The position numbers were made by a program, and so were the translations under genes. A stretch of DNA of 64,000 nt. Origin: a virus. Positions 19,701 through 31,700 of the stretch are shown piece by piece. The notes under the pieces are model-generated. The model was not told where the DNA came from, ran no database searches, and saw nothing but the letters and a program-made list of their open reading frames with translations. Every line of letters starts with the position of its first letter. The first letter of the stretch is position 1. The stretch spans positions 815 to 64,814 of the IMG/VR virus record IMGVR_UViG_3300028384_001376. One strand, 5' to 3'.

Positions 19701-22700
19701 TATCAACGAGGCCAAAGAGGAATTGGCCAAGCTGGAAAAGCCCCCGGCGCCGGCAGAAGAACCTGCCGATTCAACCTGGTGGGATAAAGAGCTGACACCC
19801 CAGGGCCGCCGCGAAGTTATGGCCAAGGCCGGCATTAAGCTGCCCGCCAGGGTCTTGTGGCGCAACATTTCGGATGAGAATCGGGCACGGCTATTGAGGG
19901 CCAAAGAAAGTGAACCTCCGGCCGGCAAAAAAACCGGCCTGACACCCGAGGGGCGAAGATCGCTCACCCGCCTGCGCGACCACCTCGAAAACAAGGGCGC
20001 CGGCTGGATACCGTCGGCAAAAAATACCTCCGAGCGCGTATCCTATCGCATTGTCCCGAGCGAAGCCAAGGACGGCTATTACAGCATCGAGCGTATTGAC
20101 GAGCGGAAGCTGCGCCAGATCCACACCGGCCCCTGGAATATGGAGCAGGCCAGGGCCGCCGCCATGAGGATGGCCAGGATGGAGCTGGAAACCGGGGAAA
20201 AACCCCCTCACCCTTCCAGTATCAAGAAGACCAAAGAAGAAAAAGCATCCGTGAAATTTGAGATCGGCGATATCGTGCGCCCCAAGCAGGGCAGCGGCAT
20301 CAGCGAAAAAAATGCCGGACGAATCGAACACATCAGCCGCGACAGCCAGGGCAATGAGTCGATCCAGACCGAAAACACCGGCAGCATGCACTTTGACGCC
20401 AAAGATTGGGAGCTGGTCACGCCCGAGGCTGAAAAGCCCTTGACACCAGATTCACAGATAGCAAATAATAAACCATTAGCCAGCGTTAGCGCCGACGACC
20501 TTCTGGCCGAGTGGGACCGGCAGGCGGCCGAGGCCGAAAAGCCGAAAAAGCCGAAAAAGCCGGAGACCTTAAAAGAGCGCCGCAAAAAGGTCAAGGCCCG
20601 GCAAAAGCAAAACGCCCAGGCGGCCAAACAGCCGGCCAAAGTAAAAAAGGCCGCCCGGCAAAAGGCCAAAGAGACCAAACAGCACCTGGCCAACGCCCTG
20701 GACGCCCTCAAGCAGATCAATAAGATTGTGGGCGAAAAGGGCCAGCTCGGCGAGGTCGACCCAACCAAATGGGAGCAGATCCGGCCGCTGCTCAAACTGG
20801 CCTGGGATGAAATGCTGGCCGCCGGCAAATCGGCCAAGGAGTTTGTGGCCCTGTCGCTGCAGACCCTGAGTCCGGCAGGCCGCCCCTATTTCGAGAAATT
20901 CGTAAGAGAGGAGATCGCCAATGAGCCTGTATCCGGTGAGAATGAAATACCTTTTGATGAGGGACTTTTACGGGACCGTGAAGAAGTGGCGGGAGAACCC
21001 CGACCAGCTGGACCAGGAGATCAGACAGACGCTGATCAATTCGGGCCAGTACGCGCAGGAGCTGAAGAGCAAGAACCTGGCATACGACCAGAGACAGGAG
21101 CTGATCAACAACTTCATCGCCCCGGCGGACGTACCGGACAAGCAAAGCCCGGACGAAAACCTGTTCGAGCAGATGATCAAGTGGGCGGAGGAAAAGGGAG
21201 CTCAGTTTCTCCAGGAGCGCAAGGCACAGAAGCGTTAGCGCCCGAGGATCGCAACCACGTCATCGCCCCCGACGATGTTATCGCCCCGCCTGGGATCGAG
21301 GGCAAAATCAACGCCAACATCAAGGCTATTCGCCTGCTCAAACAGCTGGAAGAACAAGATCGCAACCCCACCCCTGACGAAAAGAAAATCCTGGCCCAAT
21401 ATGTCGGTTGGGGCGCCTTTTCGCAAAAGGTGTTCAACGCCGACTATCACCGCTACTTGACCAAAAACAAAGACACGGCCCCGGAGGATTACTTTTGGCA
21501 GCCCGAAACGCTGAAAAAGTACAACCAGTGGGCCAACAAGTACGGCAAAAAGCTGCACCCCCAGCTCGGCGGCTTGATGACCCAGGAGGAGTGGAGCTCG
21601 GCGGCAGCGTCTACGATCAACGCTCATTTCACTTCAAAAGAGGTCGTTACCAACATGTGGGACCTGGCCAAACGTCTGGGGTTTAAGGGCGGCACCGTGC
21701 TCGAACCCGCCGCCGGCGTCGGCAACTTCTTTGGTCTCATGCCCCAGGATATCGCCCAAGAATCGGTTCTTTTCGGCGTGGAAAAAGACAGCCTCTCCGG
21801 CCGGATTCTCACCAAGCTGTATCCCCAAGCCGCCATAGAGGTGGGCCCGTTTGAAAAAAGCAGGGCGGTGCTGGACAACTCCATCGACCTGACCATTACC
21901 AACGTGCCCTTTGGCCGCGTTTCGATCTCAGACAAGCGCCATCCTGACTATGACGGCTGGCGGCTGCACAACTACTTTCTGGCCCGCAGCCTGGACGCCA
22001 CCAAGCCCGGCGGTCTGATGATGGCCATCACCTCGGCCTGGTCCATGGACGCCAAGAGCAACGGCAATGTGCGCGAATACCTGGCCAACAAAGCCGACCT
22101 GATCGGCGCCATACGCCTGCCCAACACGGCATTTAAGAGCAATGCCGGCACAGAGGTTGTCACCGATGTGCTGGTATTTCGCAAAAAGGACTCCAACGCC
22201 GCGAGCCTGGGCCACGATTTTCGCGTGGTCGACTATCTCGACAACAAAGAGTTCAGGGCGGCCGAAAAAAAGCTGATGCAAGCGCGGGAGCGGTTTGCCC
22301 GAGTGAAGAAAACCAAGCCCCAAAAAGACGCCAAGGCCCATGTCATGCGTGCCTATCGCCGGCGGTACAAGGCGGCCAAAGAGGCCGTCTCAGAGGCCAT
22401 GACAGACTATCGGGCCAGCTACGCGATCAACGAATACTTTATCAAAAACCCTGAGATGGTCCTGGGCAAGCACTCGATGAAAGGCTCGATGTACGCGGCC
22501 AACACTTACACCGTTGAGCCCTCGGGTGATCTGGCCGGGCAGATGGCCGAGGCCGTGACATCGTTTCCAGAAAATATTGCCGGCGAAGGCAGCGATCTGA
22601 GTCAACTGGAAAGGGTGGAGCTGGCCGGGATGAACGCCAAAGAGGGCACGCTGACCGTAAAAGACGGCGAGATCAAACTCATTGAAAACGGCCGTCTGGT

Positions 22701-25700
22701 CTCCCCACACTATGTGGGCAGCAAAGGTGAAAAGATGCCGCTCAAGCCGGCACAGCTCAAGCGCGTCAAGGCTTATCTCAAGCTGCGCGACCTGACGGCC
22801 GAGACCATTGCGGCCATGGGCGATGAGGCCACCACCGACGCCCAGGTCACAGACTACCAGCGCCGACTCAACCAGACCTATGATGCCTACGTCAAAAAAT
22901 TCAAGGCTTTCAACGGCAACGCTGCAAACAGTTTTCTGTCAAAGCTGGACAACGATTTTGCCTTGGTCGACGCCCTGGAGGTCCGCGTGGGCGATGGGCC
23001 CGACGCCGAATGGGTCAAGGCGCCGATCTTTACCGAGCGCACCGTATATCCTTTCAGAGAGCCCGACTCGGCCGACAGCATCGAGGACGCCATAAACCTT
23101 TCGATCATCTACCGTGGCGAGGTGTCGATGCCGTACCTGTCCGAGCTGTTGAGCATCCAGGATGCCGAAGCGATCAAGCGCGAGATCGTTGAAAAGGGCC
23201 TGGGGTTTGTCAACCCGGACACCGGCAAGGTCGAGCAGCGCGACCTGTATCTGTCCGGCAACGTGAAAAAAAAGCTGGCCAAGGCCAAGACGCTCGCTCA
23301 GGGCGATCCGTCTTATAATGCCAATGTCAAGGCGCTTGAGGCGGTTATTCCCGAAGATATTGATATCGAGTTTATCACCTTTCGCCTGGGCTCGACCTGG
23401 CTGCCGGCCGAAGCGGTCCAGGACTTTATAAAAGAGGTCATCGAGGTCGACGCCACCGTTGAGTACGTCGAAAAGGCCGGTGTGTCGCGCTGGCATATCG
23501 GCATAAACTCCGGCGCTTTCAACATAAAAAACCGTGAGACCTATGCCAGCGGCGATATTTCGGCCGTCGGTCTGATCGATCTGGCCCTTAACCTTAAATC
23601 GCCAAAGGTCATGGTGCCCACCGAGGACGGCAAGAGCACCTACGAGGATAAGGAAAAATCCAGAGAGGCTCGGATCAAGATGAACGAGGTCAGCGACGAG
23701 TTTGTCGCCTGGGCCAAGGGGCACGCCGACTGGACCTCCAGGTTGACCGCCAAGTATAACGAAGAGAAAAACGGCACCGTGCTGAGAAAGCACACCGCCC
23801 CGGATATCGATGTTTACCCCAACGCCAGCCCGGTTAATGTGGATGGCGCCCCGTTGCGGCTGCGTGAGCATCAGAAAATTGCCGTATCACGGGCCCTGCA
23901 AGAGTCTGTCCTGCTGGCCTACGGTGTGGGCACCGGCAAGACCTTTATCCTGATCACCACGGCCATGGAGATGAAACGCATCGGCACGGCCCGCAAGCCG
24001 CTGATCGTGGCCCACAACTCGACCATCGACCAGTACCGCAACAGCTTTAAGGTGCTCTATCCGGGCGCCAAGGTGCTGATCCCCAACGACAAACAGCGCA
24101 ACGCCAAGCAGCGCAAAAAGCTGCTGATCAGCATGGCCACCAATGACTGGGACGCCATCGTGCTGCCCCAGAGCTTTTTCGACGGCATCGCCAACGATCC
24201 GGCCAGAGAGCAGGCCTTTGTCGATGAGCAGATCGCACAAATCGAGGATGCCATTGCCGAGGCGGTAGCCGAGGAGGGCTCCGACTCCTGGACGGTCAAG
24301 GATCTGGAAACCCTCAAGGAGAACCGCATCCAGCGTCTGGATCGCCTGCTGGACCGTCGCCAAGACGAGGCGCTGACCTTTGAGCAGATGGGCATCGACG
24401 CCCTGTTGGTCGACGAGGTCCACTCCTATAAGCGCAGCGAGTTTTACACCAAGCTGAACAAGGTGCGCGGCATCGACAACGGCTCCAGCCAAAAGTCGAC
24501 CAGCCTGATCTTAAAGAGCCAGTTTGTCCGGCAAAAGACCGGCGGGAAAAACATTATCACGGCCACCGGCACCCCGATATCCAACACCCTGGCCGAGCTG
24601 TGGACCATGCTGCGCTATGTGCGGCCCGATCTGCTCGAAGACTATGGCGTGGCGATGTTCGACAACTTCGCCTCCACCTTCGGGGTGGTCGATGAGGACA
24701 CCGAACAGACGGCCAGCGGCTTCAAAGAGATCGAGCGCTTTAAGAGTTACACCAACGGCCCCGAGTTGCTGAGCATGTTCTACAGCGGCGCCGACGTGCG
24801 CCTGACCAAAGATGCCAACCTGCGCCTGCCGGACATCAAGGGCGACAAGCCCACGATGGTCGTCAACGACAAGTCGCCCGAGCTGACGCTCTATATCAAG
24901 GATATCATCGATCGATGGAAGGCATGGGAATTGTTGACCGGCCGAGAAAAGCGGCAACAGAAGCATGTGCCCATCGTGCTCTATGGCCTGGCCAAAAAGG
25001 CCGCCGTGGATATGCGCCTGGTCGACCCGCAGTATTTCCAAGACGATCCCAACAGCAAGGTCAACAACTGTGTGCGCGAGGCCCAGCGCATCTACAAAGA
25101 GTCTGCCGATATCCAGGGGACACAGGTCATATTTTGCGATCTGATTCGAGACAACGCCAAAGCTCCGCGCTTTAACCTGCACGAAGATCTTAGGGCCAAG
25201 CTGATCAAAACCGGCATCGGCGATGACGAAGTTGTCATATTTGAGTCCGGCCTATCCGATACCAAAGAAGAAGCCATCAAAGACCGGGTGCGCAGCGGGG
25301 CGATCCGGGTGATTATCGGCACCACCGAGCGCCTGGGCATTGGCGTTGACATCGCCGACAAGATCGTGGCCGGCCATCATCTGACCGTGCCGGATCGGCC
25401 CATGGATATGGAGCAGCGCAACGGCCGGTTTATCCGTCAAAGCAACAAAAACAGCCAGGTCGAAGTGCTACAATACGCCACCAAGGACACCCTGGACGCG
25501 GTTATGTTCCAGCGCCTGGCCACCAAGCAAAAGGGCGCCGACCAGGTTCTGACCGGCGATATCGACGGCCGCGACTTCGAGGACCCGTACAGCGCCGAGC
25601 AGGCCGATTTTAACGAGTTCGCCGCTGCGGCCTCGGGCAAGGCCGGCAAGCTGTTGTTTGAAAAGAGCAAGCTGACCAGCCAATTGCACAAACACCGGAT

Positions 25701-28700
25701 CGCCGAACAGGCCCATATTCGCAAGGTCTCCAACGCCCGACGGGAGATCAACCAGATCCCGGAACTGATCAGGCACGCAGAGATCGACTTGGCAAACGCC
25801 GAGCAGTTCAAGGCATACACGGACGAGGCCTTTCCTACCGGCAGGCTTGAAAAGCTGACCATCGACGGCAAGGAGATGCCCCGCAAGGAGGCCTATGAGA
25901 TCCTCACCAAGCGCATCGAGAGCCAGATCAGCGCCTGGGAGGACGAGTTTATCGGCAAGCCCATGGGCGATTTTCGCAAAAACGCTCCTGACAAAGATGG
26001 GTATGGAGACCCCAGGCTCAGCGCCGAGTATAAGCTGGCCGCCGGCGATATCGAGCTAAGGGTCGAGCTGATCGGCCGGGAAAACTATACTAAGGAGAGA
26101 AAGCCGTCGACTAAGCTGCAATGGTCTGAGGTCCGGGATAGGAGGGACGAAGATTGGCGCACCCAAAAGGTCGGCAATATCCCGATCAGCCTAAGATTCA
26201 AGGGCCGATTCCTGGGCCATATCTACAACGTAGGGCGCAAAAGCCTGGCCCAGCGGATCACCAGAAAACTCAACGAGCTAATTGCCGAAAGCAAAACGAG
26301 GCCGGATTATCATCGCAAGGCCATTAAGGCGCACAAAGCGGATATGGCCGAATATGAGAAGATCGCCCAGGAGTCGTTCAAATACCGCGAGGAAATGACC
26401 GAGATCCAACGCCGCATCGCCGAGATCAAAGCGGAGCTGACCCGGCTGAGCTCCGATGAGCTGCTCGGCGTCGAAGACGAGACGGCCGAGCAAGAGACGC
26501 CGGCGCCCAGCGGCATAGTCTACCATACGAAAAGCTCGGGACAGATCCGCACCCAGGCCATGAAGGACTTAAAAAACGGGATCATGCGCCTGCTGGTCGA
26601 CGACCTTAACCTCCACCGCCATGAAATCGAGGACTGGAAAGAACACATCAAAGAGGTCAAGGATACGCCCAAGGGCATTGTGATCGCCACCAGGAACTTT
26701 ATGGCCGCTTATGACTATGAGCTCAGCGCCGATGCGCGTCGGGCCCTGGGCCGGTTGATGCGCAATGCCACCGAGCAGATCAACCAGGGCCAACTGGTCG
26801 GCACCTTTGGAGAACCGCTGAGCGCCGGTATTCCAAAGGCCCTGGACGAAACCTTGCCCGATGACCTGCCCGAAGGGGTCACCCGGTTTGCCATGGGCAC
26901 CGCCGTCGAACGCCGGGCCCTAAATGTCCAACAGGTGCGCAACGTCCAGCGTGCCGCCGAGGTGGTCACCGCCGCCTTGTCCAAAGCCGGAGTCTCCAAG
27001 GCGTTGCGCAAGCAGATCACCCTCGACTTTAAGCCGATCATCGACCTGCGCGGCAAGGACATCGAGCAGACCGTCAAGGAGTGGGCCGCCCAGAAAAAGA
27101 GCGTTTCCACCATCTTGGGCGCCACCACTTTTAGCCGCTTCAACGCCCTGGTACAGCTCTCCCTGGAGCAGGACCTGACCAGACTGGAGCGCACCAGCTA
27201 CCACGAAGCGCTGCATATCCTGGCCCGCTGGGTGCTGCCCGAGGCCGAATATGGCCGGTTGATGAAGATGTATGACGGCAACGAAGAGGCCGCCGCCGAG
27301 GGCTTTGCCGACTATATGGCCGGGCGCACCAAACCGATCGGATGGCTGCGGCGCATCTTCATCAAGCTGCGCAACTTGCTCCGGCGGGTGGGAGGCGCCC
27401 TGCGCGGCGCCGGCTTTGTCAGCGCCGAGGATATCTTCGGTCGAATGGCCGGCCGGGCCTATACCGGTCAACCGATGCGACCGGCTACGGGCACCAGCAT
27501 CGCCCTGATGGCCGAACAGCGGGCCGCCAAATGGTACAGTCAGATGGAACGTCACCTGGAAGCCAAATTGCCGGGCAAAGGCACGCCGGCGCAGATCAAA
27601 AAGCTGCTCGACATCTGGGCCAAAAAGGGCCAGATCAACGCCGAGGAGCTGGAGTGGTCGGGGCTGCGCGAGTGGTTGGATGATTTCCAAAAGACAAAAG
27701 AGGCCGAATGGGTCGAGCAGCAAAAGCAATCCAAACAGATCAAAGACGAGCTTGGAAGGGGATATATGGACTTCTTGCTCGGAAGACATGAAACCGCCCT
27801 CGAAGGCATCAAAAGCTATGACCGGATCATAGACCGCTTAAAGGGCGAGGCTAAAAAGCAAAAGTTTGCCGTTACAAAGGCTGACGTGCTGGCCCAGCTG
27901 GCCGCCGGCCGGGTGCGGATCGAGGAGGTGGTAAAGGGTACATATCCGGTTTTAGACACCATCGCCAAAGAGATGGGTTATGGTGGATGGACGGCAGATT
28001 TAACAGATGAACAACAGCAAGAGATTATTGCTGAATCAGAAAGATATCCCCATCTTGGCGATGCCACCAAATTCGCCCAATGGCAAGAACCCGGCGGCGA
28101 GAACTACCGCGAGTTGCTGCTGACGCTGCCGGCAAAACAAGCACCTTTAAAAGATATTGATACGTCAAGCTGGACAGTCGAAACAATAGAAGAAAATGAG
28201 TACACTGGGCAGCGCGATATAGTCATTTTTGATGAAAACGGAAATCGATTAACTACGCGGTATGGGTTTAGAGGCACTGACGAAATGGCCATTGGCCAAA
28301 TGTCTGAAATAGAGAAAGACAGAGCACAACGGGCAAAGCAAAAAGAAGCAACCTATAAATCCACCCACTGGGACGAGCCCAACGTGTTGGCCCATGTCCG
28401 TTTCAACGAGCGCACCGGCACCGATGGCGAGCGCATCCTGTTCATCGAGGAGATCCAGAGCGACTGGCACCAGACCGGGCGCCAGAAGGGGTATAAAGGC
28501 GATATACCACACCCAAAAATCCGCAAGGTCGGCACCGTCCACACTTATACGCAAGAAGAATTAAAAAAAGAAGCAGACCATTGGCCCGTTGATTACATGC
28601 GAGATATTTCCGGGTTGAAGGCATCGGACATAACCTCTTTATCTGATCGCCTGACGAGGGAGGATCAAGAGCGGATACTCGAAGGGATAAAGGCTGGTGG

Positions 28701-31700
28701 GCGTCTCGGCAAAACCAATCCAATATGGGTGGTGAAAAATCCTGCCGGGGAGATTGTTTTTGCCACAATGTGGGGCAAAGGTGTGGCAGAGCAAACCGCA
28801 AACAAGTGGACCATGGCAGATCCCAAAACAGATAAGGAGCTGTTGGACAGAGAGGGGGATAGAATACGCCATAGCTCAAAAGAGGTTGTCGAACAACAGG
28901 CCCACTACCGCAGGGTCAACATGCAAGAGGGCATGGTCCCCGACGCCCCCTACAAAAAGACCTGGCCCCTGCTGGCCATGAAAAGGATGGTGCGCTACGC
29001 CGCCGAGGCCGGCTTCGACGCCATCGCCTGGACGCCGGGCGAGGTGCAGGCCGAGCGGTATGATTTGAGAAAGCACATCGATAATCTTTACTACGAGAAG
29101 CATCCAGACGGCATCACCATCGTTGCCAACAAAGATGATCGGCCCATCCTTGAGAAAGACAAGCTGTCCGAGCGTGCTTTAGAAGACCATGTTGGCAAGG
29201 ATTTGGCCAAAAAGATCATCGATGCAAAGGATGACCAAGGCATCTTCGACGGCCTGGATCTCAAAGTCGGCGGCCAGGGAATGCGCGGCTTTTACGACAA
29301 GATCCTGCCGGCCACGGTCAACAAGTTCTTCGGCAAAAAGGCCTGGGGCAAGGCCAAGGCCGAGACAATAGTGATCCCAAAAACCGCATTGTCTCCAGGG
29401 GAAAAAATTGACAGGTCAAGCCCATATGCCAGGGAAGTCTGGCACCTGCCCATCACCCGCGAGATGCGTCAAAAAGCCCTGGGCGAGGGCATGACCTTGT
29501 TCCAGGTGGCCGACACCACCGACGTTTTCGGCGAGGTGCTGCCCGAACCGGTGGAAGAGCAGATGAAAGCCGCCCGTGGCCGCGACAAGGCCAGCGTCAA
29601 GCAGCGTTTTTCCGACTGGCTCAAAACGGCCATCGCCACCTTCACGCCGGGCCAGATGTATCCGCAGATGCCCAACAAATACTTTGGCAAGGAAAACGAG
29701 ATCCTGCGCCGCTTCGTGGAGATCGCCAGCTACTCCAAGTCGCGGGCGGTGATGGACCTAAAAGAGATCCTCAACCCCAAACAGCTGGGGCCGGCCGGAT
29801 ACGACCTGTTTAACCTAAAGATCGTGCTCGACGACATGCTCTACGACGTGGAGACCGAGGGCCGGCCGCTCAACGACTGGCAGGAGCGCTACGGCGAGCT
29901 GCCCTTCGGCTTTGAAAGCGCCGACCAGCTGCGCGAGTCATTGGCTCGCATCGACCAGCGCGTGGCGGCCAACGCCGACGTGGCCGCAGCGCTGCAAAAA
30001 CGGCGCAAGATCATGCGCAAGCTGCGCCGGGACCTGGTGGCCGAGGGCCTTTTGGACCGCTCAGTATTGGATGACGAGCGCTACTTTCACCATGAAGTGC
30101 TCCAGTATGCCAACCTGGCCCACATGGCCGGCGTGGGCACCGGCTCGCGGGATGTGCGCACCAAGAAAAAGGGCTGGCAGATCTACCGCACCGGCTCGAT
30201 CAAAGACTACAACACCGAATACATGCAAAGCGAGTTCAAGGTGCTGGCCCAAGGCTACTCCCAGCTGGAGACCAAGCGTATCCTCGATGAGCTGGATGAG
30301 TCGAGCAACATCATCGGCGAGCTGCGCCACAAGGCCCGACAGCTTAACTATGTGGCCATCGTCGGCGGCCAGGAGAACTACAACCGGCTGCAACAGCTGC
30401 GCAACCAGGTGGCCTACCTGCGCGGCGACGGTCGAGACCTGGACAGCGATACCAAGGCCCAGATCAAAGCGCTCACCGACGAGATCTGGCAGCTGGACCC
30501 CACCATGCCCTTTCGGCAAAAGATCGCCATCGGCATGAGCAAGATGGGCGAGCCCCTGGAAGATGACCTGGAGTATATGGACTTTTCCGAGATCGCACGG
30601 CTGGCCGACGCGGGCGACATGGGCGCGGCCACGGTGCTAAAGGCCGTCAACGAGCGCAAGGCCTTTATCGCCGAGGCCCTGGGCGACGCCCACATGACCT
30701 GGCAAAAGCTCATGGAAGAGCGCGAGCCGCGCAAAGGGTCGGCCGGCTGGGCCGAGTGGATACCCAAACCCGGATCGGCCTGGTATCTGACCAACTCGCT
30801 GACCGACAAGCTGCTCGAACAGGTGGCCGCCGGGCTGCCCATCAGCCAAGAAGAGATCCGTCAGGTGTGGACCCGTGGCACCGACAAGCGCTGGGTAGTG
30901 CCCGCCGAGCTGGCCGAAGTGCTCAACGGCAAGGAGTTTATGAACCTCAAGCAGGACAACGTGGTAGCCGAAGCGGCTGAAAAGACCCTTAATTGGTGGA
31001 AGCGCTGGATACTGATCAACCCTTTTCGCTTTTTCAAGTACAACTTTAACAACCTGTCCGGCGACTTCGATATCGTCCTGGCCTATGACCCCAAGATCTT
31101 AAATTGGACCAAGCAGGCCGCCATAGACCTGTGGGCCCATCACTACGACAAGCCCATGGGGCCGGCCACCAAGGCCGAGCTGACCAAGGCCCTCAAGTAC
31201 GGCGTGATCGGCTCGGGCATGACGGTGCATGACATCCCCGACATTACCGACAGCGCCCAGTTCGATCAGCTGATCAGCGCCCTGCGGGCCGACAAACGCA
31301 AGGGCATCGACTACATCAAGCGCTTTTGGGGGGGCAGTAAAAACTTTACCACCTGGCGCGAAAACGTGCTGCGCCTGGCCTCCTATCGCTATTTTCAAGA
31401 AAAAGTTAGGGCCGGCAAACGGGTCTACGGTGCCAGCGACGTGGCCAAGGTCGATGCGGTCACCGATCCAGACAAAAAGGCCGCCTTGCTGGCCCGCGAG
31501 CTGATCGGCGACTACGGCGGGCTGAGCAAGGGCGGTCAGTGGCTGCGCCGCAATGCGATCCCCTTTTACAGCTGGAATGAGATCAACGCCCCGCGCTACT
31601 GGCGCATGTTCAAAAACCTGCCCGTCGAGGGCGAGCCCAGGGGCCGGCGCCTGCGCATGGGCGGCGCCCTGGCCAAAAAGGCCGGCGTAACCACGGCCAA

